A DNA stretch of 64,000 nt from an uncultured Chloroflexia bacterium (GTDB taxonomy: Bacteria; Chloroflexota; Limnocylindria; Limnocylindrales; CSP1-4). The position numbers and the translations under genes are program-made. Under the pieces are notes generated by a model. It saw only the letters and a program-made list of their open reading frames with translations, was not told the DNA's origin and did not search any database. This document shows, one piece after another, positions 33,260-42,558 of this stretch (position 1 is its first letter; each line of letters opens with the position of its first letter). The stretch is taken from positions 1 through 64,000 of the forward strand of contig CAVQJC010000017.1 in assembly GCA_963712745.1 (NCBI GenBank), written 5' to 3'.

Positions 33260-33366
33260 GCCGCCGAGCGGGGCCCCTCCGACCGCGGGCGGGTCCCGCG
33301 CCCTGGATACCGGCGTCGCTGCAGGCGGCTCAACGGCCCGGCGCCGGGAAAAGAGCAACCCTGACG

Positions 33367-33400
33367 ATGCGTTTTGGCACCCGTCGAGCGTCATGATGGT
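33367..33400 (+). promoter_or_regulatory. Putative autoregulated ECF promoter, leaderless
   Basis: Same two conserved blocks and spacing as 28108-28141. Confidence 0.55.
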
Positions 33401-33943
33401 ATGACCACCATCCGGGCGGAGGCCCAGCTAGTGCAGGACGGGGCGCGGGACGACGCCTGGGATGCGATCGTCGCCCTCGATCGGGAACACGGCCAGCGCC
33501 TGTACGGCTATGCGCTCCGCCTTGGGGTCGATGCGGGCCGCGCCGCGGATGTGGTGCAGGAGGCGTTGCTGCGCCTCTGGCAGGAGCTCAGCCGTGGGGC
33601 CACCATCGCGTCCCGGGAGGCCTGGACCTACCGGACCGTCGCCCGCTTGGCCATGGACGAGCACCGCTTGCACAAGCGCATCGCCAGGCTCATCACGCGA
33701 CTGGACGACGGGCCGCGGCCCCGGCCCATGGAGGTCGCCTCGACCGAGCGTGTGGCCATCTGGGAGCAGGTGGACCGCCTGCCCGACCGCCAGCGCCAGG
33801 TCATCTACCTGCGTTACCAGGCCGATCTCTCGTTCGAGCAGATCGGCCAGGTCATGGGCATCGAACCCGGTGCGGCCCGCTCATATGCGACCACCGCCCA
33901 CCGCGCCCTGCGCCGCGCACTCGTCGATGGAGTGGACCGATGA
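33401..33943 (+). CDS. ECF sigma factor, close paralog of 28142 gene
   Basis: GQRLYGYALRLGVDAGRA and LPDRQRQVIYLRYQADLSF shared. Confidence 0.9.
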   Translation: MTTIRAEAQLVQDGARDDAWDAIVALDREHGQRLYGYALRLGVDAGRAADVVQEALLRLWQELSRGATIASREAWTYRTVARLAMDEHRLHKRIARLITRLDDGPRPRPMEVASTERVAIWEQVDRLPDRQRQVIYLRYQADLSFEQIGQVMGIEPGAARSYATTAHRALRRALVDGVDR

Positions 33944-35670
33944 TGGACGAAACGACCCTGGAGCTCGGCCTCCGTGCCCGCCCGCCTGCCGATCCGGTCT
34001 ACCGGTCGCTGATCACCACCTCGCCGCCCACGACGCACCGGGTCACCACGCAACCCCGCCGGCGAGTTGCGGGTGAGCCTCGACCGATGCTCACCGCTGT
34101 CCGCCTCGTGGCCGCGGTCGCGATCCTGGCCCTCGGCGCGGGCGCGTGGTACCTCGCCGCCGACTCCGGCCCCGTGAGTGTCCCGGCGGCCTCGCCTTCG
34201 CCTGCCGCGTCGACCTCGCCCTCGTTCCTGCCGTCGGTCATCCCGGCCGGCGTGCCGAACGGTGTCATCGACACGCCCATCGGGTCGGCTCGATGGGCCT
34301 ATCTCCACGGCGACCCTACGTCGCTGCCCGGCCCGCTCTCGCCGATACCGGGTCCCTCCGGCAGCCTCCTGTGGTTCGACGAAGGCGATTGGGGCCCGGT
34401 CTCCTGCGAGGTTTCCGGTGCCATCGAGTGCCTGGCCCGACCACAGCTCTGGACCTCCGCCGATGCCATCTCGGAGCGGGTGGAGCTGCCCCTTCCGGTC
34501 GACGCCGCCTCGGCCAGACTCGCGGTGCACGACGGCACCTACTGGCTGGTGACATCCGGCCCCACCTCGATGTGGCGCTCGACCGACGCCGAGCGATGGG
34601 AGCGGATCGACCTGAGCGCGCTCGTCGCACCCGGGCCCGACGAGCTCGACTGGGAGGTCGGTCTGGGCGTGCCGGTGGCGTCCGGCGAGTCCGTGGTTGT
34701 CCCGATCACCTACCAGGCGCTCGACGCTACGCGCCTGCTCGGGCGGCCCGACCTGCGCTCGGCGTGGCCGGCGTGGCCGCAGCAGGTGGCGCCCGGCCTC
34801 TACCGGATCGTGCAGGAGGTGCAGGATGAGTCCGGTGGCGCGAGCCTGGTGCGGATCGAGAAGACCACCGGTGGGCTCCGCTTCTCGGACGAAGCCGGCA
34901 CGGAGATCGCCACGCTCGACGGCGTGAGCCTCGACTTCGTGGACGCGTGGGCCTCGGCCGGTGCCGTGCGTGACTACCAGGTCGCGGTGGTCGACGACGG
35001 TGTCGTCACGCCGGTCAGCCTGCCCGGCCCGTCGGTATCCGACCGCTGGGATTATGGGCCGACCGTGCTCGGGACCAGCGCCGGCTTCCACGCCTTCAAG
35101 GTCACGGCCGACCGCACGATCCGTGTCTGGCGGTCAGATGACGGGCGCGTCTGGACCGAGACCGAGCCACTCGGAGACGACGAGGGCGAGCCGCGCGATG
35201 TCGGGTTCGTCTACCTGCACCCGGGCTGGGGCGGCCCCGCCGTCGTGCGGGCCGGCGGGCAAGGGCAAGACGAGGACACGCTCCGGGAGTGGGAGACGGT
35301 CGACGGCATCACCTGGACGACGGTGCCGTACGCGGACTCCGGTGGCGGCAACCCCTTCCGATTCGGCGACCGCTGGCTGTCCTGGTCGGAGGACATGGGA
35401 CCCTGGCAGGCCTCGATCGACGGCCTGATCTGGGAACCGGCCACCGAGCTCTCTGCGGTCATCTCGCCGGCGACGGGTGGGACCGTCGGCTGGAGCTACG
35501 GCCTGGCGGCCGTCATCGGGGAGACGCTGTTCTACGCGGGCGGGACGGACTACGGGACCCGCGAGCGAGACCTCTGGGTCATCGAGTTCGTCGCCGAACC
35601 CGACGGCGCACCAACGGAGGTCGAGACCACCACGGGAGCATCGCAGGACGGCGTTTCCGAAGGGGGGTGA
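33940..35670 (+). CDS. Membrane-anchored anti-sigma-like protein with Asp-box-like repeats
   Basis: Overlaps the sigma stop; TM; WRSTDAERW, WRSDDGRVW, ETVDGITW. Confidence 0.7.
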   Translation: MMDETTLELGLRARPPADPVYRSLITTSPPTTHRVTTQPRRRVAGEPRPMLTAVRLVAAVAILALGAGAWYLAADSGPVSVPAASPSPAASTSPSFLPSVIPAGVPNGVIDTPIGSARWAYLHGDPTSLPGPLSPIPGPSGSLLWFDEGDWGPVSCEVSGAIECLARPQLWTSADAISERVELPLPVDAASARLAVHDGTYWLVTSGPTSMWRSTDAERWERIDLSALVAPGPDELDWEVGLGVPVASGESVVVPITYQALDATRLLGRPDLRSAWPAWPQQVAPGLYRIVQEVQDESGGASLVRIEKTTGGLRFSDEAGTEIATLDGVSLDFVDAWASAGAVRDYQVAVVDDGVVTPVSLPGPSVSDRWDYGPTVLGTSAGFHAFKVTADRTIRVWRSDDGRVWTETEPLGDDEGEPRDVGFVYLHPGWGGPAVVRAGGQGQDEDTLREWETVDGITWTTVPYADSGGGNPFRFGDRWLSWSEDMGPWQASIDGLIWEPATELSAVISPATGGTVGWSYGLAAVIGETLFYAGGTDYGTRERDLWVIEFVAEPDGAPTEVETTTGASQDGVSEGG

Positions 35671-35757
35671 TCCGAGCACACGGCGTTGACCGTTCCAACC
35701 TGAGCGGTCCACTGCCGGGCAGCCTGCCCGGCGCCACCCCCAAAGGAGCACTCACCC

Positions 35758-36297
35758 ATGCGCATGATCCGACACCTCGCGACCGGCGTCGCGACCCTGG
35801 CCATCGTCGCCATCTCGTTCGCTCCGGTCTCGGCCCAGTCGGCCGAGCTCTCGCTCGACCCGACCCAGCCCGCCCCGTTCACCGGCCGCATCGCGTACGG
35901 CGGCCAGGTGCGCTCGGGGACCATGGACACGGTCGACGGGCACATCGAGTCGCGCGGCTCGGCCTTCGCGCCGAGCATGGTCTCCGTGAGCGACCCGCGC
36001 CTCGACGGCGACGTCCTCATCAGCTGGCAGACCGACGAGTACGTCGCCTCCGATGGCGCGGATCAGGTCCTCGGCAGCGGCACCTGGCGCATCGAGACCG
36101 CCGACGGCGCATGGGAGGGGTCCTACGTCCGGCTCGAGGCCGATGGTCTCTCGGACAAGAGCACCGCGGTCCTGACCGGTCAGGGCGCATACGAGGGGCT
36201 CACCGCCGTCTGGGAGCAGACCATCGACGGCTCGGGATGGGACATCGCCGGAGCCATCTTCCCGTCCGGTCCCCCTCCGGCCGCTGTGCTGCCGTAG
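35758..36297 (+). CDS. Secreted stand-alone copy of the shared beta domain
   Basis: AAAGGAG RBS; signal peptide; SDPRLDG...RIETADGAWEG...GAYEGLTA. Confidence 0.75.
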   Translation: MRMIRHLATGVATLAIVAISFAPVSAQSAELSLDPTQPAPFTGRIAYGGQVRSGTMDTVDGHIESRGSAFAPSMVSVSDPRLDGDVLISWQTDEYVASDGADQVLGSGTWRIETADGAWEGSYVRLEADGLSDKSTAVLTGQGAYEGLTAVWEQTIDGSGWDIAGAIFPSGPPPAAVLP

Positions 36298-36535
36298 CGG
36301 CGTCACCCGCCACGACAGCGACCGACAGACTGTCGTCGGTCGCTGTCTCGCTCCCCAGCCAGTACGCGGCCTGCGCCGCGTTCACACAGCCGGTCCGCCG
36401 GTACAGCCCCGACAGATGCTGGCGCACCGTCGTCTCGCTGATACCCAACTCATACGCGGCCGCCGCTATCGAGCCCGCCGCGATGTAGGCGCGCAGGACC
36501 TCCAGTTGGCGCCGCGTCGGCCGCTGCCTCGCCAT
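36200..36535 (-). CDS. Stand-alone LuxR-type HTH protein, scaffold E copy 2 (3' end uncertain)
   Basis: Near-identical to 13894-14133 up to AYWLG. Confidence 0.7.
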   Translation of the reverse strand: MARQRPTRRQLEVLRAYIAAGSIAAAAYELGISETTVRQHLSGLYRRTGCVNAAQAAYWLGSETATDDSLSVAVVAGDAATAAQRPEGDRTGRWLRRCPIPSRRWSAPRRR

Positions 36536-36655
36536 CAGCCGGCCTTCCGGTAGGCATCGGCCCACGATCTCGCCGCCGGAGCCGCGTTCTCGAGCACGAA
36601 TCGGGGCCGGAACCGCAGGTGGGCCAAGCTGGCGCGACCCTTCTCGCCCCGACCA
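36535..36655 (-). pseudogene. C-terminal remnant of the gene upstream of E, copy 2
   Basis: GRASLAHLRFRPRFVLENAAPAARSWADAYRKAG*. Confidence 0.55.
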
Positions 36656-36752
36656 CCTTTCGGGCTTGGTCCGCTCGTCCCATCACGCAGCTGCCAGGCG
36701 GACCGCGAGTCCACGACAGGGTCGGGTCATCGGGCTCGCCGGACCCAGGGCG

Positions 36753-37007
36753 TCAGTAGTGGTAGCGCGCCTGGAGGATCACCAGGTCATCGCCGTCGAT
36801 CAGATACACCAGCCGATGCTCGTCGGTGATGCGCCGAGACCATGCCCCCGACAGCAGGTGTCGCAACGGTTCCGGCTTGCCGATACCGGAGGTCGGGTCG
36901 CGCAGGGCCGCTTCGATCAGCCGGTTAACCCGCTTGAGCATCGCGCGGTCGGTCTCGACCCAGAACGAGTAGTCCTCCCACCCGTGGGGCGTGAAGACCA
37001 GCTTCAA
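36753..37007 (-). CDS. yoeB: Txe/YoeB family toxin
   Basis: WEDY..W, GIGKPEPL, WSRRITDEHRLVY, ARYHY. Confidence 0.95.
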   Translation of the reverse strand: MKLVFTPHGWEDYSFWVETDRAMLKRVNRLIEAALRDPTSGIGKPEPLRHLLSGAWSRRITDEHRLVYLIDGDDLVILQARYHY

Positions 37008-37249
37008 CGATCGAGCTCGTGTTCATCCCGCCGGCCGGAGAGTGCCTGCTGCAGGCTCTCGAGTAGACGCCTCGCGTTCGCCGGCGCTCGAAGCAGGTGC
37101 GCCGTCGCCTCCAGTGAGTCGTAGTCCGCGCGCGAGATGAGGACGGCATCGCCCCGACGGGAGGTGATCTCCACCGGTGTCCGGTCCTCGTTGACCTGCT
37201 CGATCAGCGGGAACAGGTTCTTGCGTGCCTCAGACGCGGTGATGGCCAT
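37004..37249 (-). CDS. yefM: Phd/YefM antitoxin
   Basis: ITASEARKNLFPLIEQV...LEATAHLLRAPANARRL. Confidence 0.95.
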   Translation of the reverse strand: MAITASEARKNLFPLIEQVNEDRTPVEITSRRGDAVLISRADYDSLEATAHLLRAPANARRLLESLQQALSGRRDEHELDR

Positions 37250-37266
37250 GGGTCCCTCCTCCGTGT

Positions 37267-37288
37267 GTGGTACGAGATATGGTACCAC
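37267..37288. promoter_or_regulatory. Palindromic TA operator
   Basis: gtggtac-gagatatg-gtaccac just upstream of yefM. Confidence 0.6.
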
Positions 37289-37573
37289 CTTGCGCCCGGC
37301 GAATCGGAGAGCAACGAAGAGCGACCAGTTCCGCGGACCGGGCCACGGACGATACTTGCAGACGCCAGTTCGCGGCTACCGAGCTGTTCGACCTTTCCAG
37401 GAAGCCATGCGCGCTCTCGGGCGCGAGGTCCGCACGCTCGATGAGTGGCTGTACCAGCGCGTCGACGCCTACCCCGGCTGGGAAGGCACCCGTGATGTCG
37501 GTGCCGGCGTCGACATGACGGGCTGGCTCGACGAGATCGAGCGGTTCCTCGACGGGCAGGACGAGACGTAGCC

Positions 37574-37807
37574 ATGCGCCGCGACACCGCCTACCTCCGG
37601 AGCCACGGCCACGACCCCCGAGGTCCTGGTGCCGACGAGCGGATGCACGACCGGCTGCGAGCCCGACAGCGCGACATCGCCGAGGCCCGGGCCATGTGGG
37701 CCGAAGGCCACTCGCTCTACGCCATCCATCTTGCGACGGGCCGCTCGAAGGAGTGGCTGCGCACCTACGCCGGCATCCGCGACCAGCACGAAGGAGACCA
37801 CCGATGA
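37574..37807 (+). CDS. Small hypothetical protein, possible HTH
   Basis: Coupled to F by ATGA overlap; EGHSLYAIHLATGRSKEWL. Confidence 0.5.
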   Translation: MRRDTAYLRSHGHDPRGPGADERMHDRLRARQRDIAEARAMWAEGHSLYAIHLATGRSKEWLRTYAGIRDQHEGDHR

Positions 37808-38035
37808 CCACGAAGAAGGCCACCACCGAGCTGCGCCGCTGCGCGGGCAGCGCCCGCTTCGGCATCGAGCGGCACGAGGCGCCGATCGGCGAGCTCCCCA
37901 AGCAGCCGAGCCGCAAGGACGGCCTGGGCACGATGTGCACCGAGCACTGGCAGGCCTACGTGAAGGTGCTGCGGGAGGCGCGGAAGGGGGCGATGGCGGC
38001 CGACGGATCGGAGTCCGACGCCGCGTGGCGGGGTA
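37804..38035 (+). CDS. Small Zn-ribbon-like protein, scaffold F copy 1 (stop apparently lost; end approximate)
   Basis: AAGGAG RBS; RRC.GSARFGIE.HEA...PKQPSRKDGLGTMCTEHW. Confidence 0.65.
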
Positions 38036-38124
38036 CTCGCGCCGCTCACCAACGGGCCCCGGGCGAACGTCCGGGGCCTTTCCTCGTGCCTTCGCCACCG
38101 GTGCCAGCACGACGGGCAGCGCGC

Positions 38125-38155
38125 CACGTGGGCGCCCCGTCGCGCCCGTGGGCGA
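38125..38155 (+). repeat. Scaffold motif A, copy 2
   Basis: 30/31 identical to 1648-1678. Confidence 0.85.
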
Positions 38156-38159
38156 GCAT

Positions 38160-38205
38160 GGCGCCCATCCGTGCAGGCCCGGCGCCCATCCGTGCAGGCC
38201 CGGCG
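38160..38205 (+). repeat. 21-bp tandem duplication
   Basis: ggcgcccatccgtgcaggccc x2 plus ggcg. Confidence 0.9.
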
Positions 38206-38393
38206 TCCGGCGCTCGATGTTGGAGCGGCAGCGCTCGCCGCAGACGATGGCCTGGCGAGGCCGGGCGTCGAGCGAGTCTTCGCAGCCCGGGCAGACGCGT
38301 CCGCTGGGCCGGCGACGGATGGCGGCGCGGTGCGGCTGCCCCTGGACACGAAGCAGAGGCTCGCTCCGATGGTCGGGCCTCGGAGAGGTGCGG

Positions 38394-38837
38394 TCAGGCT
38401 TGCGTCGGGACGTCGGCCTCGGCGAGGGCCTTGAAGCTCCCCCAGATCCGCTGCTGGTTCTTCTCCATGCCGCCCGAGGACACCAGGTCCTTGAGGAAGC
38501 CGGGCATCCTGCCCGGGATCTCGTAGTCGGAGTCGAAAAGGAACGTGGTCGCCTCGCCGGCGGGTTCGAACCGGTGGGTGTTGTCCATCGGGCCGTAGTC
38601 GCTACGCATCCGGATGAGCCGCTGCGGCTCGACCTCGACGACCTCGACGGCCCACTTCGTCTCGAAGCCCATGACCTTCATGCTGTGTTCCAGCGTCGTG
38701 CCGACCTCGTCCAGCGGCCCGTTGAAGGTGGTCTTGCGATCCGACATCCAGTCTGGCCAGCGGGACGTGTCGAGGAAGAACGCCCAGACGTGCTCGACCG
38801 GCGCCTCGATGCGGACCTCGTGATGGAAGTGCTTCAT
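38394..38837 (-). CDS. SRPBCC/START family protein
   Basis: IEAPVEHVWAF..D..RWPDW. Confidence 0.8.
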   Translation of the reverse strand: MKHFHHEVRIEAPVEHVWAFFLDTSRWPDWMSDRKTTFNGPLDEVGTTLEHSMKVMGFETKWAVEVVEVEPQRLIRMRSDYGPMDNTHRFEPAGEATTFLFDSDYEIPGRMPGFLKDLVSSGGMEKNQQRIWGSFKALAEADVPTQA

Positions 38838-39006
38838 GACCTACCCCCGTCTGTGCGGGCCGGTTTCACTGGTGGCTCGGCGCGACCTGGCTGGTCGCGA
38901 CGGTCCAGGCGGCCGGTGCTGGGGCCGCGCGTCGAAGCCTCCCGCTAGGGGTGATTCTCGCGCGGGTGTCCATGAACGCTGCGCGAACGTCCGGTTCGGG
39001 AAGGAT

Positions 39007-40201
39007 CTACCTACCCATCAGCTCCTGAGCCGCGTCCGGGATGGGGCGACCCTCAGCGAGCTCGCTCGCCGCCATCCCCAAGGCCCTGCGGATGGGGGCG
39101 TGTCGATCCTCCGTCAGGGGCCCTCCGCCGACCACGAGGTTGCCCGATCCCAAGACCAGCGAACCTGCCCACGCGAAGTCGGCCCGCTGGGCGAACCGTC
39201 GACAGATCGCCGAGGCTGTTGCGCTCTGATGCGATTCGGGAGTCGCGCTGTTGACGATGGCTGCGAGCAGAGAGGGCGAGGCGCCGCGGCGACGGTGTGC
39301 CGCAAGCAACTCGAGCATCTCGGTGACCGGGGCGGGTAGCGAGTCGATGTGGAGGGGGAACGCCAGGGTCACCAGATCGACCTCGTCGACCGCGTCGATG
39401 AGCTCGTCGGTCCCCGCTGATGAGCGCATGGCCTGATGCACGAAGACCGTCCTTGAGTCGATCGAGCGATCGACGAGCTGCTCATGGAGGTAGCCGCCGA
39501 GGGAGTGGGACGTGCTCGATCGGCGTCATGGGACTGCCGACGAGCAGGAGGGCACGACGCACCTCGGTCGGCTGCGAGTCTGGCAGTTGCGCGGGCAGGG
39601 CAGATGGCGGTGTCGACCGCCCGTCGCTGACGTCGTCTATCGCCTCGCGCACCAGGGCCTCGAGTGCCCCATCGGAGACATCGGCCGCGACGACCGCACT
39701 CACGTGTGTCCCGGCGTGCATCCCGGCGTGCATGTTGAGCGCGTTTCGCTGGATAAGGTGTCGGAAGATCGTCTCCGCCTGGGCATCGGGTTCGTCCAGC
39801 CAGCCGACCGCAAGGAGGTCGGGATTGGCCTCGTACCGCTTCCCGGTGTGCACCTCGCCATCGATCTCCGTGACGGACAGCGAGAAGTTCTGGATCAGGT
39901 GGTCGACCATGCGCTTGAGGATCGATGAGTAGCCACCGAAGGTCACCGGCGTCAGACAGACCAGCAGGTCGCTGCCTGCGACCGCCTCGGCGATGGGGCG
40001 GTTGTCATCGGCGATCCGGCAGACCCCCGGCGTCTGGACCCAGCAGCCGAGGTCCCCGGCACACGGAGCGATGGTCTTCTCGCGGAGGATGGTGCGTCCG
40101 ACGCTCCAGCCGATGGCCTCGAGTCGGTGCTCGATCGCCGCGCCGACTCGCTCGCCCACCGTGTCACCTGCCGCCGACCCATCGAGGATGGTTGCCCGCA
40201 T
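39007..40201 (-). CDS. Two-domain flavodoxin-like NAD(P)H-dependent FMN reductase; frameshift near 39500
   Basis: PCAGDLGCW..TPG.C...DD, TPVTFGGYS, LLVGSP, AFPLHIDSLPA. Confidence 0.75.
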
Positions 40202-40329
40202 GGCGATGCCTCCTGGCGGTCGGCCGACGCGACGGTTCTGACACGGCTCTGGTATGGAGTCCCATTCGACCGCCCACGCGATGCTCCGACATGACCGAGC
40301 CGATGGCAAGAGTCGTTCGGCTCCGGCTC

Positions 40330-40465
40330 TCACCAGTCGGACGCGCTTCGAGGCATCACCCCGAATCGCCATGAGTAGGCGGATGGGTCTCGGCACGATG
40401 TGCACCGAGCATTGGCGCGCCTTCGTCAGGGCGCTGCGCGAGGCGCGGAAGGCGGCGAAGGCAGG
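40330..40465 (+). pseudogene. Scaffold F copy 2, degraded
   Basis: GLGTMCTEHWRAFVRALREARK retained. Confidence 0.75.
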
Positions 40466-40709
40466 TGAAACGCGGCCACTGCCGGCGGCGGACCGGAGGC
40501 TGACGCCGCGTAGAGGGCCCGCTCGTGTTTGACAGGGGCCCAGGGCGTGTGCCCGGGACCCCTCTCAGTCTTCGGCCTTCTCGTCGTGTCCGCGACCCGT
40601 TCGCGAGCGCCGGGCGGCTCGAAGTCGGACCTCCGTCACCTGGTCACTGCGCTTGATGACCGACGCCAGCCACGAGCCACGCCTCCCGGATCGGCCCACG
40701 GCGCCACGG

Positions 40710-41090
40710 TCACGCGGGTCGGTAGACCCCGAAGGTGGCCCCGTCCGGATCCCGAAGCACCGCTGCCCGGCCCCAGCCGGGGATGTCGACCGGCTCGACC
40801 AGGACGGTCCCGCCGCCGGACTTCGCGCGCCCGACGGCAGCCTCCACGTCGTCGGTGCCGAAGTAAGGGACCCAGTGCCCCTCCGGTCCGCCCGAAGGCC
40901 AGGTCGCCGAATCGGCGCGTGGACCGGTCATCCCCGCGAAAGGTCGTCCGTCGACCAGTAGCAGGCGGTAGTCGCCAGGAGCGTCGGCGACGGGCTGCAC
41001 CTCGACTCCGATCACCTTCTCGTAGAAGCCTTCCGAGGCCTCCGGGTCCCGCGACATCAGCTCGTGCCAGATGAAACTCTGCGGGTCCAT
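40710..41090 (-). CDS. VOC/glyoxalase family protein
   Basis: FIWHELMSRD, WVPYFGTDDV, GRAAVLRDPDGATF. Confidence 0.85.
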   Translation of the reverse strand: MDPQSFIWHELMSRDPEASEGFYEKVIGVEVQPVADAPGDYRLLLVDGRPFAGMTGPRADSATWPSGGPEGHWVPYFGTDDVEAAVGRAKSGGGTVLVEPVDIPGWGRAAVLRDPDGATFGVYRPA

Positions 41091-41372
41091 GTCCACCACG
41101 TCCTTTCCTGTGACCCTCGCGCTTTGTACGCTGTCCCATCACTACTGTACGTTGCACACCGCCCATGCCGTCACCGCGGGCAGCCAGCGGGAGAGCGCCG
41201 AGCTGTACCGGGCCATGCTGCGGACGGCCGACGAGCTGGCATCCTCGGTGCCTGAGCTGCGCTCGCTCGAGCGCTACGTCGGGGCGTCGTCCGAAGGAGC
41301 TCCCGCGCAGTACGTGAGGTGGAACACTCGGCCTCCCGGACGGGTCGACGGTGCGGCGCGGCCCGACGACGG

Positions 41373-41463
41373 GCGTGACCAGAATGGCGAAACTCGGCCG
41401 CGCGCGTGAGTGCCTACGGGGTCCCCGGGCGCCCATGTCAGCGCCCTGTGGGTAGCCCGGGTC
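41373..41463 (-). repeat. Scaffold motif B copy 4
   Basis: gcgtgaccagaatggcgaaactcggccgcgcgcgtg...gtccccgggcgcccatgtcagcgccctgtgggta. Confidence 0.85.
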
Positions 41464-42538
41464 CGCCATCCGAGCCATCGGAGCCCGCCGTGTTGCCCCC
41501 GCTGCCGCCCGAGCCGATGACGATGGCGTAGTCGCCGCTGAGAGCGCCGGCCGCGAGCACCTTGCGCGCGTAGCCGCCCCCACCGCCACCACCGGCACAG
41601 GAGGCCTCGTTGGTCCCGGTGTCGTCACCGCCACCCCCACCGCCCCCGCCGCCGACGACCTCCACGACGATGTGGCTGAAGGCGTCATCGGTGGGCTTGG
41701 ACCACGTGTCGTCCGAGGTGTAGACATGGACGACCGGCGGGGTCGGGGTGTCACCGCTCAGCAGGATGCGCTTGCGTGGGACCGAGGTGTCGATGCCCAG
41801 CCACAGCGCCTGCACCACACCTGCGCCATCGACCTCGCAGACGAGCAGGCGGGCGTCGGGGTTCGACGCGATGAGCTCCGCCGCCGGCAGGTACAGCGAG
41901 CCGCCGAGCAGGTCGACCTTGTCACTGAGCCCGTCGTTGCCCGGCACGAGCGTGCCGTCGGGCTCGACCCGCCAGGCCTCGGACATGTCAGCCGCGCCGT
42001 CGTTCACCGAGAGCACGAGCGCGGTCGGCATGTCACCAGCTCCGGGGCTGCCGTCGACCTCCGCGTGGATGGCCGCGCCGTCGACCTGCGTCGCGCCATC
42101 GCGCCCGGTGAAGAGGACGCGCCCCAGCGTGTCCCCGTCCTGCACGGCCGCGTCCGCCGCGCGCAGACGGCTCAGCGTCTCCTGCGGGAAGCCCGCATCG
42201 GCCCGGACCACCTGCTCGACATGGTTGGCGTAGACGACGTCGAATGGGGTCGCCCAGGCGCCGAGCGCGTGCGTGTCAGGGGTGTCCGGCTCGAGGTCGC
42301 CGGCGAGGTCCCGACTGCCGTCGGCGCGCAGGTACTGGCTGTGGTCGTCATCGGCAAGACCGGAGAGGGCACCATGGTCGCTCGAGCCACCAGGTGGGGT
42401 GGCGAAGGCCCCGTCCCCGCGCAGGAACTCGGCGGTGCTGCCCGAGAGCTTCCGCAGCAGGCCGTGCCGGCTGGTGCTGGCATCGAGCTCGGTCGTGTCG
42501 TCGGGTGCCGCCAGGTCGTCGAGCTTGACCGGATACTC
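41438..42538 (-). pseudogene. Internal fragment of a phage tail/fibre-type structural gene
   Basis: KLDDLAAPDDTTELDASTSRHGLL, DHGALSGLADDDHSQY and Gly-rich TWSKP...VEVVGGGGGGGG...GGGGGGGYA; no start; runs into motif B. Confidence 0.65.
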
Positions 42539-42558
42539 AGGACAGGCCGCTCGTCTGG

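Noticed and set aside
13950-36655. Diversity-generating retroelement TR/VR pair
   Set aside because: No reverse transcriptase, and differences between repeats are not adenine-specific
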